Positions 27,389 through 36,375 of a stretch of 64,000 nt of DNA are shown here, in pieces. Position 1 is the stretch's first letter, and the number at the start of each line of letters is the position of its first letter. Below the pieces are notes generated by a model. The model searched no databases. It was not told where the DNA came from and worked only from the letters and a program-made list of their open reading frames with translations. Position numbers and translations under genes: made by a program. Origin of the DNA: Candidatus Aenigmatarchaeota archaeon (GTDB lineage: Archaea; Aenigmatarchaeota; Aenigmatarchaeia; CG10238-14; SCSR01); the NCBI GenBank assembly GCA_039000425.1, contig JAWBPV010000002.1:14303-78302 (forward strand). Reading direction: 5' to 3'.

Positions 27389-28085
27389 TTAAATTTTTGA
27401 AAATAGCGCCTTTTGAAATAATAAATCTGCATCTGTACAAGGACAAACCAAGTTCAAGGATATCTTTCCAGTTGGGTTCGGGTTCTTTGAAATTAACTTC
27501 GGCGACAACTGCAAAATTGACTTTATCTTTTTTGTAAGCGCCATAGCAACACTGAATGATCATCTTCTTTGGCGTGATAATATATAGCCATTCTGGATTC
27601 CAATTGTAAGGAGTTTTTCTGAATTGTCTGCTAGTTATTAAGTGCTCTTTGGATGGTGTAATTCCATCTCTTTCGGCAAAATATCCGTGGCAGAAACATT
27701 GAGGTTTTCTTATTGATGCATTGATAGTTTCTTGGTCTTCAAGGCTTTTTTCTACACATGGCGCGGGAAAAATGTGAAACCATCCTGCAGGATGCTCTTC
27801 AATTGCATAGCGACAAAATTTATTAACGCTTTTGAATTCATTAACAATCATGTTCCATATTGTTTTGCCAAGCACGCTTGGATACCCATCCCAATGATGA
27901 TAAACACCAATCCATTCGTCGTTTTTCAGTTTTTTTGCTATTATTGCCCTTGTTGCCACTTCAGCCTCCCGTAAAAAACGGCTCCAAAATGCTTTATTTT
28001 TGCCCAAAATAAGGCTTTTTTTGAAGACCCCGTATTCCATCCTTACCCCCTTTGAGATCGCCTTTCTCCTGGACCTTCTTTTCAT
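27366..28085 (-). CDS. hypothetical protein
   Basis: 239-aa ORF with His/Cys-containing segments (HHWDGYP, CFCHGY). Confidence 0.5.
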   Translation of the reverse strand: MKRRSRRKAISKGVRMEYGVFKKSLILGKNKAFWSRFLREAEVATRAIIAKKLKNDEWIGVYHHWDGYPSVLGKTIWNMIVNEFKSVNKFCRYAIEEHPAGWFHIFPAPCVEKSLEDQETINASIRKPQCFCHGYFAERDGITPSKEHLITSRQFRKTPYNWNPEWLYIITPKKMIIQCCYGAYKKDKVNFAVVAEVNFKEPEPNWKDILELGLSLYRCRFIISKGAIFKNLNAIEDFK

Positions 28086-28188
28086 GAATTTTGGTCCTTT
28101 TTTAATGGAAAATAGTGAGATTAACTAAATTAACTTAATGTTAAACTTCAAGTTTTATGTGCTAACTCAACGTAATGATGTCAAAAAT

Positions 28189-28575
28189 TCACAAAATTTT
28201 GTTTCCGAAATTATCAATTTTTGAGAGGTTGAGATTTTTGCTTTCTTCGGGGAACTTTTGTTGCAGCCAGTTGAGAAGTTCAAGTCTTTTTTTGTTGCTT
28301 CGACGACCGATTTTGCCTCTTTTTAGATTGCGCTGACGTGCAACTTTAGCAACATACCACAGGGAGCCATGATTGTATCGTGTGCGTAACATTTCTACAA
28401 TCCAAAGGATGGGAACTTGATTCTTCAATAATTCTATAACAAATTTTTCCATTTCTTTTTTAAGTTCATAGGGGATCTTTTTGCACTGCGCAATGTGTCC
28501 ACCGAATGCTCCATAAGATTTTGATGAAGGAAGGCAGACAAATCTCTTCTTACAATATGGGCAAATCTTGACCAT
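28189..28575 (-). CDS. zinc-ribbon protein
   Basis: 128 aa. N-terminal CPYC...C...H..C. Confidence 0.5.
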   Translation of the reverse strand: MVKICPYCKKRFVCLPSSKSYGAFGGHIAQCKKIPYELKKEMEKFVIELLKNQVPILWIVEMLRTRYNHGSLWYVAKVARQRNLKRGKIGRRSNKKRLELLNWLQQKFPEESKNLNLSKIDNFGNKIL

Positions 28576-28611
28576 TTGACTTTATTTTAGATTTTATGTA
28601 AATAAGAATCA

Positions 28612-29154
28612 ATGCGCAAGATTTACTACATATATATTCCAGTTTCGCTTCTCGTAATCGTCTATCTTGTATGGTTGCATTTTCAATCAAAACCTTTGCC
28701 ACCAAGTAAACCAATTACCGAATACGTTTATGTTGAAGTACCAAAGGAAATCGTGAAGATCAAAAAAGTTCCTATAAAAGTTGAATATGTAAAGGAAATT
28801 CCGAAGGAAACAATCAAGGAAGTTTTACCATCCTGGCTTCAAGGAGCAACCGATCAGATTATTTTAGCAGCTGGTAATGTTAAGCCTCATTGCGGACAAA
28901 CGAGAATAATGTGCATATTAAATTCATCTTCGGGAGAAGGTTTTTTATTGCAAAAAGCATTAGAATGCAAGCGTGAACCTTTCATACAATTCAAAAAAGA
29001 TTTAATCCTGTCGGGAGGATGGGATTTTATAAATAATAAACCAATCGGAAATTTACAATTTACCTTTTTAAAAGTTTCAAAAATTGATGTATCAATTCAA
29101 GCTGGATTCATTCAGAATCCTTTTGTCGGATTATCCCTCGGACTCAGATTTTAA
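28612..29154 (+). CDS. membrane-anchored/secreted protein
   Basis: 180 aa with an N-terminal TM segment (IYYIYIPVSLLVIVYLVWL). Confidence 0.5.
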   Translation: MRKIYYIYIPVSLLVIVYLVWLHFQSKPLPPSKPITEYVYVEVPKEIVKIKKVPIKVEYVKEIPKETIKEVLPSWLQGATDQIILAAGNVKPHCGQTRIMCILNSSSGEGFLLQKALECKREPFIQFKKDLILSGGWDFINNKPIGNLQFTFLKVSKIDVSIQAGFIQNPFVGLSLGLRF

Positions 29155-29427
29155 CGTGTTATAAACAATCAATTTCTTAATGTTTTTTGCAATTGCAGAG
29201 ATATCTAAATTGAATAAATCTTCCTGTTTCCTCGAAATGGCAATGATTTCGAGTCTCTTTTTGTCTTCATTAAAAGCGAAATCAAGCTCGACTTTGAATT
29301 TTTTTCCAAGCTGGTCCAAATCCTTATTGCTCAATGGAACGTCTTTTGCAATTTTACAAATAAACACGCCAAAAAGTTTGCCTTCTTCATCCTGATACAG
29401 TTCCGCTGCTTTTTTTACTTTTGCCAT
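29131..29427 (-). CDS. hypothetical small protein
   Basis: 98-aa ORF. Confidence 0.4.
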   Translation of the reverse strand: MAKVKKAAELYQDEEGKLFGVFICKIAKDVPLSNKDLDQLGKKFKVELDFAFNEDKKRLEIIAISRKQEDLFNLDISAIAKNIKKLIVYNTLKSESEG

Positions 29428-29437
29428 GTGAACCTCC

Positions 29438-29737
29438 TCATTTTAAAAAGTTTTTCTTTTCAAGTAATTCTGCAAGTTTTTCACAAAATTCCTTTACGAT
29501 TGGCTCAAATTTTTCAACATCCTCATCAACCGATGCAATAATTCGCTCGGATGTCAGTAGATATTTTGGAATTCTAAATGTTCTTATCTGCGTAGCAATG
29601 TAATTTCCTCCCTCTTCATATCCAATCGAAAACTGTCCACTTAGGACTAATTGGTCAACAGCGGGATCCATTTCAATAACAATGTTGTGAAACTTCATTA
29701 AGTCACATTCCAATATTATTTTTTGTTTTAACTTCAT
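29438..29737 (-). CDS. hypothetical small protein
   Basis: 99-aa ORF. ACCTCC RBS-like sequence upstream. Confidence 0.4.
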   Translation of the reverse strand: MKLKQKIILECDLMKFHNIVIEMDPAVDQLVLSGQFSIGYEEGGNYIATQIRTFRIPKYLLTSERIIASVDEDVEKFEPIVKEFCEKLAELLEKKNFLK

Positions 29738-29963
29738 TTTTACCTCCTTTTAGAAATAATTCTTCAAAACATTCTTTACAAATCCAAAACGGAGCATCAC
29801 AAGTATTGAAAATAATGACATTCTTTGTTTTTTCATCTACAACATATTCAAAGTTAAATCTTCTTTTTCTGTATTGTCTAATCTTGCCCTCAAAATAATG
29901 CCCACAATCCAAACCACAAAAAGTGCAATCGTCGCTTGCCATCAGGTCTTTTCTTATCTTCAT
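29703..29963 (-). CDS. small Cys-containing protein
   Basis: 86 aa. CTFCGLDCGH...CDAPFWICKEC. Confidence 0.4.
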   Translation of the reverse strand: MKIRKDLMASDDCTFCGLDCGHYFEGKIRQYRKRRFNFEYVVDEKTKNVIIFNTCDAPFWICKECFEELFLKGGKNEVKTKNNIGM

Positions 29964-30021
29964 TTTGTTCTCTTATAACTGAATCTTTATTTAAATGCAA
30001 CCTAAATGTTAAAATTGAGTT

Positions 30022-30465
30022 ATGATAAGAATAGTTCGTCTGGAAACCTTACCTTCACAGATAAGAGACGAGCTTGCAAAGCAAATTGTGCGACTTGCGG
30101 CATCAGAAGCGAGACTTTTAAACTTAACTTCTCCTAAAATGTGGAGATTGTTTTTGCGTGGTCTGTACAAACAACACACGTTTGTTCTTTTGAAAGATGG
30201 CAAAGTAATTGGTTTTGTGAACTATGGATATAACACCTTAAACTTTCCGGAATTATCATATATACGTGCTATTGCTGTAGTTAAAAATGAGCGAAATAAT
30301 GGTTATGGGAAAAAATTGCTGAGACTTGCAATAGCAAATCTTTCCTCTCCAATATGGATCGTTACACGGCTGGAGAATATAAAAATGCAGAGTCTTTTAA
30401 GAAAATTGGGATTTCAATTCTGGTTTAGGGATAAAGACAATTTAGCGTTTATTCGTTTCGATTGA
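30022..30465 (+). CDS. GNAT family N-acetyltransferase
   Basis: ...RAIAVVKNERNNGYGKKLLRLAI... matches the acetyl-CoA-binding motif A. Confidence 0.65.
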   Translation: MIRIVRLETLPSQIRDELAKQIVRLAASEARLLNLTSPKMWRLFLRGLYKQHTFVLLKDGKVIGFVNYGYNTLNFPELSYIRAIAVVKNERNNGYGKKLLRLAIANLSSPIWIVTRLENIKMQSLLRKLGFQFWFRDKDNLAFIRFD

Positions 30466-30948
30466 TGCACTATATGCTATAGCCAGAGCATCGTAACAAT
30501 GTTCCATTTCTTTGCCAAAATGGGAAAAATCAATTCCTAGTTTTTTATATACAGCAATTGCAACTTCCGATTTTGTAGCGGTTCCCTTGCCAGTAAGAAT
30601 CTTCTTCGCTCTGGATGGTGGAATTGTCATGTATTCACAACCCTTTTCCTCAAAAACTAATTTTAGAATTGACACAACTTCTGCAATCTCCACAAGGTGA
30701 CCGGGAGATTGATACGAATAGCCTTCAATTGCGAATTTACAATCTCTCGAGCGATCCAGGAATTCATTAACTACTTTGCTACATGCAAGGTGAAGGTCTC
30801 TTATCGACGAATAAAAATTTACATTTACTACTTTTTTGAAGAATCTCTTTGAAATTTTTGCATCTTTATGACAAATGAAGACAACTTCAATGTTGGGAAA
30901 TGAAACAAAGGTAATAATATTTTTGCCTGGATCAATGCCAACTATCAT
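30442..30948 (-). CDS. ruvC: RuvC-family Holliday junction resolvase
   Basis: MIVGIDPG (Asp1). AIEGYSY (Glu). KKILTGKGTATKSEV. HCYDALAIAYSA (C-terminal Asp/His), collinear with E. coli RuvC motifs. Confidence 0.75.
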   Translation of the reverse strand: MIVGIDPGKNIITFVSFPNIEVVFICHKDAKISKRFFKKVVNVNFYSSIRDLHLACSKVVNEFLDRSRDCKFAIEGYSYQSPGHLVEIAEVVSILKLVFEEKGCEYMTIPPSRAKKILTGKGTATKSEVAIAVYKKLGIDFSHFGKEMEHCYDALAIAYSASIETNKR

Positions 30949-31303
30949 TGTTTTTTAGTTTGTCTGAAATTACTTTTAAATTGTCTTTAACTACTGTTTC
31001 TTCAACCAGTTTTGCGCCTTTTTTCCCAATCCAAATTAAAACTGGAGCCATTTCCAGCTCCGGAGACGCTCTTGAGCAAAAGACTATAGCTAATTTATTC
31101 TCGCCTGGAATAGACGTAATCCATGCTATATCGGAATAGTTTAAATCTTTTAAAAGAAAATCAATAAGATACAATTTGACACGATATACGCTTTCTGAGC
31201 CATCAAAAGATTTGCAAATAACCGTTCCTTCTGGATTTTCATTTGAATTATACAGTTGAATTGTTGTTTCGATAATATTTCTTATTTCAGTTTCCGTCCA
31301 CAT
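30932..31303 (-). CDS. hypothetical protein
   Basis: 123-aa ORF. Confidence 0.45.
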   Translation of the reverse strand: MWTETEIRNIIETTIQLYNSNENPEGTVICKSFDGSESVYRVKLYLIDFLLKDLNYSDIAWITSIPGENKLAIVFCSRASPELEMAPVLIWIGKKGAKLVEETVVKDNLKVISDKLKNNDSWH

Positions 31304-32573
31304 CCATCACCTCCTCTAGCGGTATTACCGTGCCAAATGGCACGTCTTTTTTGTCTGAGGTTGCAATCCATAATACCGGAATTGTTGGAGCGACTTCGCC
31401 AAAATCCGCTTCGAGGTCGCTTACAAATACCACGGCGTGCGCTTCAGCATGACGTTTCACAATTTCAGGAAGACTCTTGAATACTGTTCCTCCTCGGCCA
31501 CGTATTTTGATATTTCTGAAGTCAGGTTTCTCATTTTCCAGCTTCTCATAAAAGGTTTTTTGTGCGTCCATTTGATAATGATGTACAACAAAATTGGGAA
31601 ATGAATCAAGAATGTCTGCAAGCAAACCGTATGCGAAAGCCAATTCTTTCTCTTCCATACTTCCTGAGGTGTCTACAATGAATATTATATTTAGCTGTTT
31701 ATCCCTGAAGAAATTGTGCAACATACCTGTAAAATTGCTTCTTTTGGTCCATGTCAGCATTGCATTTCTTTGAATAATAAAATCGCAAAATTCTCCTAGA
31801 ATCGCTTCAACGTTAATCCTTGGTCTGAGAATTTCTTTTAGCAGTTCTTCAAGCATACCCGGACAGGTTCCTTGCTGTTTTAAACGTTGCGAAAATTGCA
31901 CAAGTGCAATAAATGTTCCCGAACATGCTTGAGAATTAGAATCGCTTGATAAATTTGGCACTTCTAAATGGTCCTTTGGAGTAAAGATGTTATTTCCATT
32001 TAGGACTAAAAACACTCTTCCCTGCGAATCAACCACTACAAAAGAATTTCCCATTTGTTTCGTTTTATATTTTCTTTTCAACTTTTCATAAACTTCTTCG
32101 ACCGAACAATTATCATAGCTGCGATCATGCACTTCTGGATATAATTCAAAAGGTTCAATTTCCGATTTTCCATCTCTTTGGAATGCTGGCAATTCGGAAA
32201 ATTTCACACAGATTTTGTCTACCACAATGTCCATAGCCATTGCCCATAATGGATCCATAAAAATCTTTTTCAATTTTGAACGAAATCCATGAAATAGTGC
32301 TATGTGAAGCAGTTCATGCAATAAAAGATATGCAACTTTCGCTTTGGCACGCTGTTTTTCAAATTTATTTATATACTCGGGATTGCATTCAACAACCATT
32401 TGTCCATGTTCAAGATGCACGGAAGCAATTGGAGGTGCAAAAGTTCCCGAAATAATTGCATCTAAAGCTAAATCTTCTTTTGAATACAGTTTAATGATCA
32501 TTCCTGCAATATCTCCAGCGAATTCGGGCAAAAGACGAATCAATGAAGTTTTTGCTATACTTATTATCTTCAT
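31287..32573 (-). CDS. VWA-domain protein with HExxH metallopeptidase-like N-domain (MoxR partner), copy 2
   Basis: 428 aa. LLHELLHIALFHGF and MIDAS motif IIFIVDTSGSMEEKE. Same architecture as 14758..16131 but divergent sequence. Confidence 0.75.
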   Translation of the reverse strand: MKIISIAKTSLIRLLPEFAGDIAGMIIKLYSKEDLALDAIISGTFAPPIASVHLEHGQMVVECNPEYINKFEKQRAKAKVAYLLLHELLHIALFHGFRSKLKKIFMDPLWAMAMDIVVDKICVKFSELPAFQRDGKSEIEPFELYPEVHDRSYDNCSVEEVYEKLKRKYKTKQMGNSFVVVDSQGRVFLVLNGNNIFTPKDHLEVPNLSSDSNSQACSGTFIALVQFSQRLKQQGTCPGMLEELLKEILRPRINVEAILGEFCDFIIQRNAMLTWTKRSNFTGMLHNFFRDKQLNIIFIVDTSGSMEEKELAFAYGLLADILDSFPNFVVHHYQMDAQKTFYEKLENEKPDFRNIKIRGRGGTVFKSLPEIVKRHAEAHAVVFVSDLEADFGEVAPTIPVLWIATSDKKDVPFGTVIPLEEVMDVDGN

Positions 32574-33694
32574 GTTTTTATGTCTAACAGTTCAAGCACA
32601 TCTTTCAACTTTTTATTATCAATTATATGCCAGAACTTTTCCATGGGCAGCTTTCTGTAAACGAGAATACTCAGTCCGAACACCATCAGTTCTTTTGGTG
32701 GGATTGTGGTTTTTTCATCCCATTTCGTCCATGCTATTTTATGCATTACATCTACTGCGTTTTTTAAGGCTTTAATGTCATTCAGAGGGGCATTCTGAGC
32801 AATTGCAGATACAGCGATGACTGCTTGTCTGGAATTGGCTATATTTGGCACAATTCCCTTTGTATAAACTGCATTCAAATCCAGCATCATCTTTAGAGCA
32901 TCATTCTGTATGAAAGCTTCAAATTGTGTGCCTGCACTGATCCCCACAGTAGAAGAAAATACGGCAAGACGTACTTCGGGATTTAGTTTCATTGCATGCC
33001 CAAGATCTCTGCTAAGCATTTCCCAAGCACGTGGACATGGAAAAGGCATTTCTGGATTTAATTTTGCATAGTCATAATTTGCAAAGTAAGAAGGATAGAG
33101 CTTCAGGAAGCTGATAATTTCCGATGCTATATTATTTGGAACAGCAAAGTTCTTTACCCAAGTATCGAAATCGGGATGAACATGGATAATTCTGAATCTG
33201 CTTCTCAAAGGTTCGGACAGCTGATGAACAAATGCGAAAGTCTTTTTGGAATTGCCTGCGGCAACAATCATATAGTTTTCGCCTAACTTATGCGGTCCAA
33301 TTGTTCTTGTGTAAACTAGCTGTAATGCTGCATTCAGAACTTCTTTAGTTGCACAATTCAGCTCATCCAGAAAAAGAATGCCTCTTTCAACATTGTTGGT
33401 TGGAAACAAATCTTCGGACGGTTTAAACCATTCAACCTGTTTTTTCTCAAAAATAGGAACTGCAAAACCTCTTAAATCGGAAGGATCTATTATCAAATGG
33501 AGAGGCGCTATTACCAATTTTGCATTAAATTCGTCGGCAAGTTGCTGAACAATTGCAGTTTTACCAACGCCTGGAGGACCATAAATGAAGCAAGCAGCTT
33601 TGCTAATTCCTTTCCAGAAATTAACCATATTGAATCTTAACCATTCCTTTGCTATCGCTATATTTACGCTATATTCCTGGGCTGTTTCAGTCAT
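32570..33694 (-). CDS. MoxR-like AAA+ ATPase, copy 2
   Basis: Walker A IYGPPGVGKTA and Walker B ILFLDELNCATKEVL. Overlaps the VWA gene (ATGA). Confidence 0.8.
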   Translation of the reverse strand: MTETAQEYSVNIAIAKEWLRFNMVNFWKGISKAACFIYGPPGVGKTAIVQQLADEFNAKLVIAPLHLIIDPSDLRGFAVPIFEKKQVEWFKPSEDLFPTNNVERGILFLDELNCATKEVLNAALQLVYTRTIGPHKLGENYMIVAAGNSKKTFAFVHQLSEPLRSRFRIIHVHPDFDTWVKNFAVPNNIASEIISFLKLYPSYFANYDYAKLNPEMPFPCPRAWEMLSRDLGHAMKLNPEVRLAVFSSTVGISAGTQFEAFIQNDALKMMLDLNAVYTKGIVPNIANSRQAVIAVSAIAQNAPLNDIKALKNAVDVMHKIAWTKWDEKTTIPPKELMVFGLSILVYRKLPMEKFWHIIDNKKLKDVLELLDIKT

Positions 33695-34313
33695 TCTTTT
33701 CCTCCTTTAGTAGTTTTAGTTGTAAGTGTTTTTTTCTTTGATAGATTAATCTTTCTCGGTGCCAGAAAGACATTTTCTTTGTTGCTTCATCAAAATGCCT
33801 TCTTGAATAATAGCCTTTGTTTTGTTTCCAATTGTATTCTGGATAAAATGGATGTAATAGTTCCATGAATTTATCTCTAAATATTTTCGCAAGAATTGAT
33901 GCGGCGGAAACTTCACGTATAAATTCATCTGCTTTTGGCATTGCTATGATTTCCAAAGATTTGATCTCATCGTAAATTGCTGAATCATGTTTCTTGAAAT
34001 AATCTTTAGGATTATTTTTTCCGTCAATAATAATTCTTTCATTTGGCTTCACGTTTAACTCTTTTAATGCGAGATATGCACCAAGCATTACCGCATCAAC
34101 CAAACTGCGATGCAGAACAAATTGTGGAAATAAAATGATGATAGAATAATCAATTTGAGCTTCAATTAACTGTTTTCCTATTTCTAAACGTTCTTGAGGT
34201 TTCAATTGTTTTGAATCTTTAACTTCAATCTTTCCAGGAATTGGTCCTCTAGTCGCTCCAATGACAATAGGACCGGCGATTGCGGAAAGTCCTACCTCGT
34301 CTATTCCGACCAT
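33687..34313 (-). CDS. rnhB: ribonuclease HII
   Basis: MVGIDEVGLSAIAGPIVIGA. DSKQLKPQER. IIDG. MPKADEFIREVSAASILAKIFRDKFM. YPEYNWKQNKGY. Confidence 0.85.
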   Translation of the reverse strand: MVGIDEVGLSAIAGPIVIGATRGPIPGKIEVKDSKQLKPQERLEIGKQLIEAQIDYSIIILFPQFVLHRSLVDAVMLGAYLALKELNVKPNERIIIDGKNNPKDYFKKHDSAIYDEIKSLEIIAMPKADEFIREVSAASILAKIFRDKFMELLHPFYPEYNWKQNKGYYSRRHFDEATKKMSFWHRERLIYQRKKHLQLKLLKEEKND

Positions 34314-34547
34314 TGAGTTTTATCCTCCTTTTTCTACTTAAAATTTTTCCGTATTTAATCTGCTGATTGTTTTGAAATGAATTATTTATTTGTTCTGTGC
34401 CAGAATCCGGAAATCTGTGATCAAACCATTCCTTGAGAATGTTCCATGATGATACAAGATCAGCTTTTATTTTTTCTCGATTAAATTCTTTCTCAAGCCA
34501 ATCTATAAAATCATCAAAAAGTTGCACAATTCCATGATAAAAATGCT

Positions 34548-34703
34548 TTATTTTGGTGATGATTTTCTTTTTATCCATCTCAGCACCACATACGCGGTGA
34601 TAGCGCATCCTGCAATAACCATAATAACTCTTACAAATTTAAACGCAATTGCAGATAAAAATAAAATTACTGCAATGATTAACCATTTTGTAGTATCACT
34701 CAT
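34548..34703 (-). CDS. small membrane protein (51 aa)
   Basis: ATG 34703 sits 5 nt after GGAGG within the conserved module 34709-34733 (MSDTTKWLIIAVILFLSAIAFKF...). The alternative track ORF 34249..34608 in another frame is less well supported. Confidence 0.4.
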   Translation of the reverse strand: MSDTTKWLIIAVILFLSAIAFKFVRVIMVIAGCAITAYVVLRWIKRKSSPK

Positions 34704-34708
34704 AGCTA

Positions 34709-34733
34709 ACCTCCTTTTTTCTCTTATAACTAA
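34709..34733 (-). promoter_or_regulatory. conserved early promoter/RBS module (instance 7)
   Basis: The minus strand reads TTTAGTTATAAGAGAAAAAAGGAGG. Confidence 0.45.
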
Positions 34734-34746
34734 AGCATAGGCGATT

Positions 34747-35220
34747 TTAGGATTCCCGAATCGCTCTCCGAAGAATCACCACGTAAGGTACCGTATAAGA
34801 GGCTGCCGATAACAGAAAAGCTGGAATTCCCTTTAGTGGAGAGAATCCCAGCCTTTTCATAATAGGAAACGCTCTTAAAGAAGCCATATATTCCTCGAGC
34901 AAAGTAGGGGTCATAAGTATAGGTAGATATTTTTCATATTCTTCCTTTCCTGTAATTTTTAGGACTGGATAACCGATTATTCCCGCATGAAATAATAGAG
35001 GAAAAGGAATATGTTTTTCAATTGGACGAAGGAAACTTCGAGCATGCCCAAATTCGTGAGCAGCTACAAATGCAGTAAAAGGTCCTCTGATGCGGGGAAT
35101 TTCAATTATATGTCGTGTTGGGTCATAGGCCGCTTCAAGCGGTTCCTTTACATATACTATCTTTGGCCACTTGGCAAGCCTGCGTTCTCTTAGTAATCTT
35201 GCAGCTAAACTTAATCGCAT
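34747..35220 (-). CDS. putative zinc metallopeptidase (HEFGH motif)
   Basis: 157 aa. ...FVAAHEFGHARSF... Confidence 0.5.
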   Translation of the reverse strand: MRLSLAARLLRERRLAKWPKIVYVKEPLEAAYDPTRHIIEIPRIRGPFTAFVAAHEFGHARSFLRPIEKHIPFPLLFHAGIIGYPVLKITGKEEYEKYLPILMTPTLLEEYMASLRAFPIMKRLGFSPLKGIPAFLLSAASYTVPYVVILRRAIRES

Positions 35221-35684
35221 GAGTAAAATACCACTGCACTAAGAACACAAGTGTATAATTTTGAAGAAGTTTTTGTTGTTGCGATTTTATAAAAACGTTG
35301 CTTGGGAAGCTTTCGGTTGTTAATCCTAAATATTTCATTTAGGCAATATTTCAATCGACGAAAGCACTCTTTACTATTCATTGCACCTTCCACTTCCACG
35401 ATATAACCATGTTGTTTTGGACTTTCCGCGAGCATAATTCCCGCTGAGATATAAAAAGGATTTTTGGTGGGTTTTTCAATGTGCTTACTCAATACGCAAA
35501 ATAGAATCTCCCCACCAGGCAAAGCGTTAAGTTCGTCAATATTTCCGCGCTTACAATCAGCAGGCAAAATACTCGAAACGGGAACAAGATTAAATTTATT
35601 TATCTTTGCGTTTTTTAGAGCTAATTCAAATGCAATTAAAGGTTCTTTTGATCTGCCTATTCCCGAAGATAAGATATATTTCAC
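35211..35684 (-). CDS. pdaD: pyruvoyl-dependent arginine decarboxylase proenzyme (PdaD family)
   Basis: 157 aa. PLIAFELALKNAKINKFNLVPVSSILP parallels the M. jannaschii PdaD block [27 protein letters not shown], including the Ser-Ser self-cleavage site. Confidence 0.7.
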   Translation of the reverse strand: MKYILSSGIGRSKEPLIAFELALKNAKINKFNLVPVSSILPADCKRGNIDELNALPGGEILFCVLSKHIEKPTKNPFYISAGIMLAESPKQHGYIVEVEGAMNSKECFRRLKYCLNEIFRINNRKLPKQRFYKIATTKTSSKLYTCVLSAVVFYSCD

Positions 35685-35685
35685 C

Positions 35686-36360
35686 TCAACGTCTTCGTAA
35701 TTTTGTCAATAATTCATTCAATTTTGCCAATGCAGAATATATAGCAGAATATGCATATGGAGAACTTAGAGCTCCTGCAACCGCACCTAGAATCAGAGGG
35801 AGCTTTCTATAACGAAATACTAAAGTTGGAGCCCTTCCAATACCAGCTCGAATAGGAACAACTTGAGGAGACATTAATCCTCGAGCAATCAATGCTCCAA
35901 GTCCCGCTCGCGTGCCAATATGGAACGCAGGATATATATATGCAATTAAAGGCTGTCTAGGAGCTTCATCTTTATCTTTAGCTCTTCCTTCTTTAATAGA
36001 TGATTCCTTTGCATGGGCAGAAGATTTACCTTCAGAAGATTTGTCTTTAGAAGGTTCCTTTTTAAAGAATTCTGCCAAATATTTTCTAACGGATGGTACT
36101 GCTAAAGTTCCTGCAAGTCCTCCAACAATTAACGGCCAATAAGGATAGCGCAATATTGGCTGGGCTCCCCGAAGCATTTGCCAACGTGTTGGCATCAGAA
36201 CTTGTGGACCCACCAATCCCCGCATTGCCAAAGCGCCCGCAACTGGATAAGCATAGGGAAGATATGTATGGAACGTTCTCAGGCCACTTATAATCTTCTG
36301 AAGTACTTCTACCCAATCTGGTGTTTTTTGCGCTTGAGCTATTTTTAATAAGTGAGTCAT
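35686..36360 (-). CDS. glycine-zipper repeat protein (two copies of a ~60-aa GALxxRGLxxP...LRYP.WPL..GG module)
   Basis: 224 aa. The module occurs at residues ~35-95 and ~150-215. Paralogous to the repeat modules in 36376..37437. Confidence 0.55.
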   Translation of the reverse strand: MTHLLKIAQAQKTPDWVEVLQKIISGLRTFHTYLPYAYPVAGALAMRGLVGPQVLMPTRWQMLRGAQPILRYPYWPLIVGGLAGTLAVPSVRKYLAEFFKKEPSKDKSSEGKSSAHAKESSIKEGRAKDKDEAPRQPLIAYIYPAFHIGTRAGLGALIARGLMSPQVVPIRAGIGRAPTLVFRYRKLPLILGAVAGALSSPYAYSAIYSALAKLNELLTKLRRR

Positions 36361-36375
36361 ATCAAACCTCCCTAT

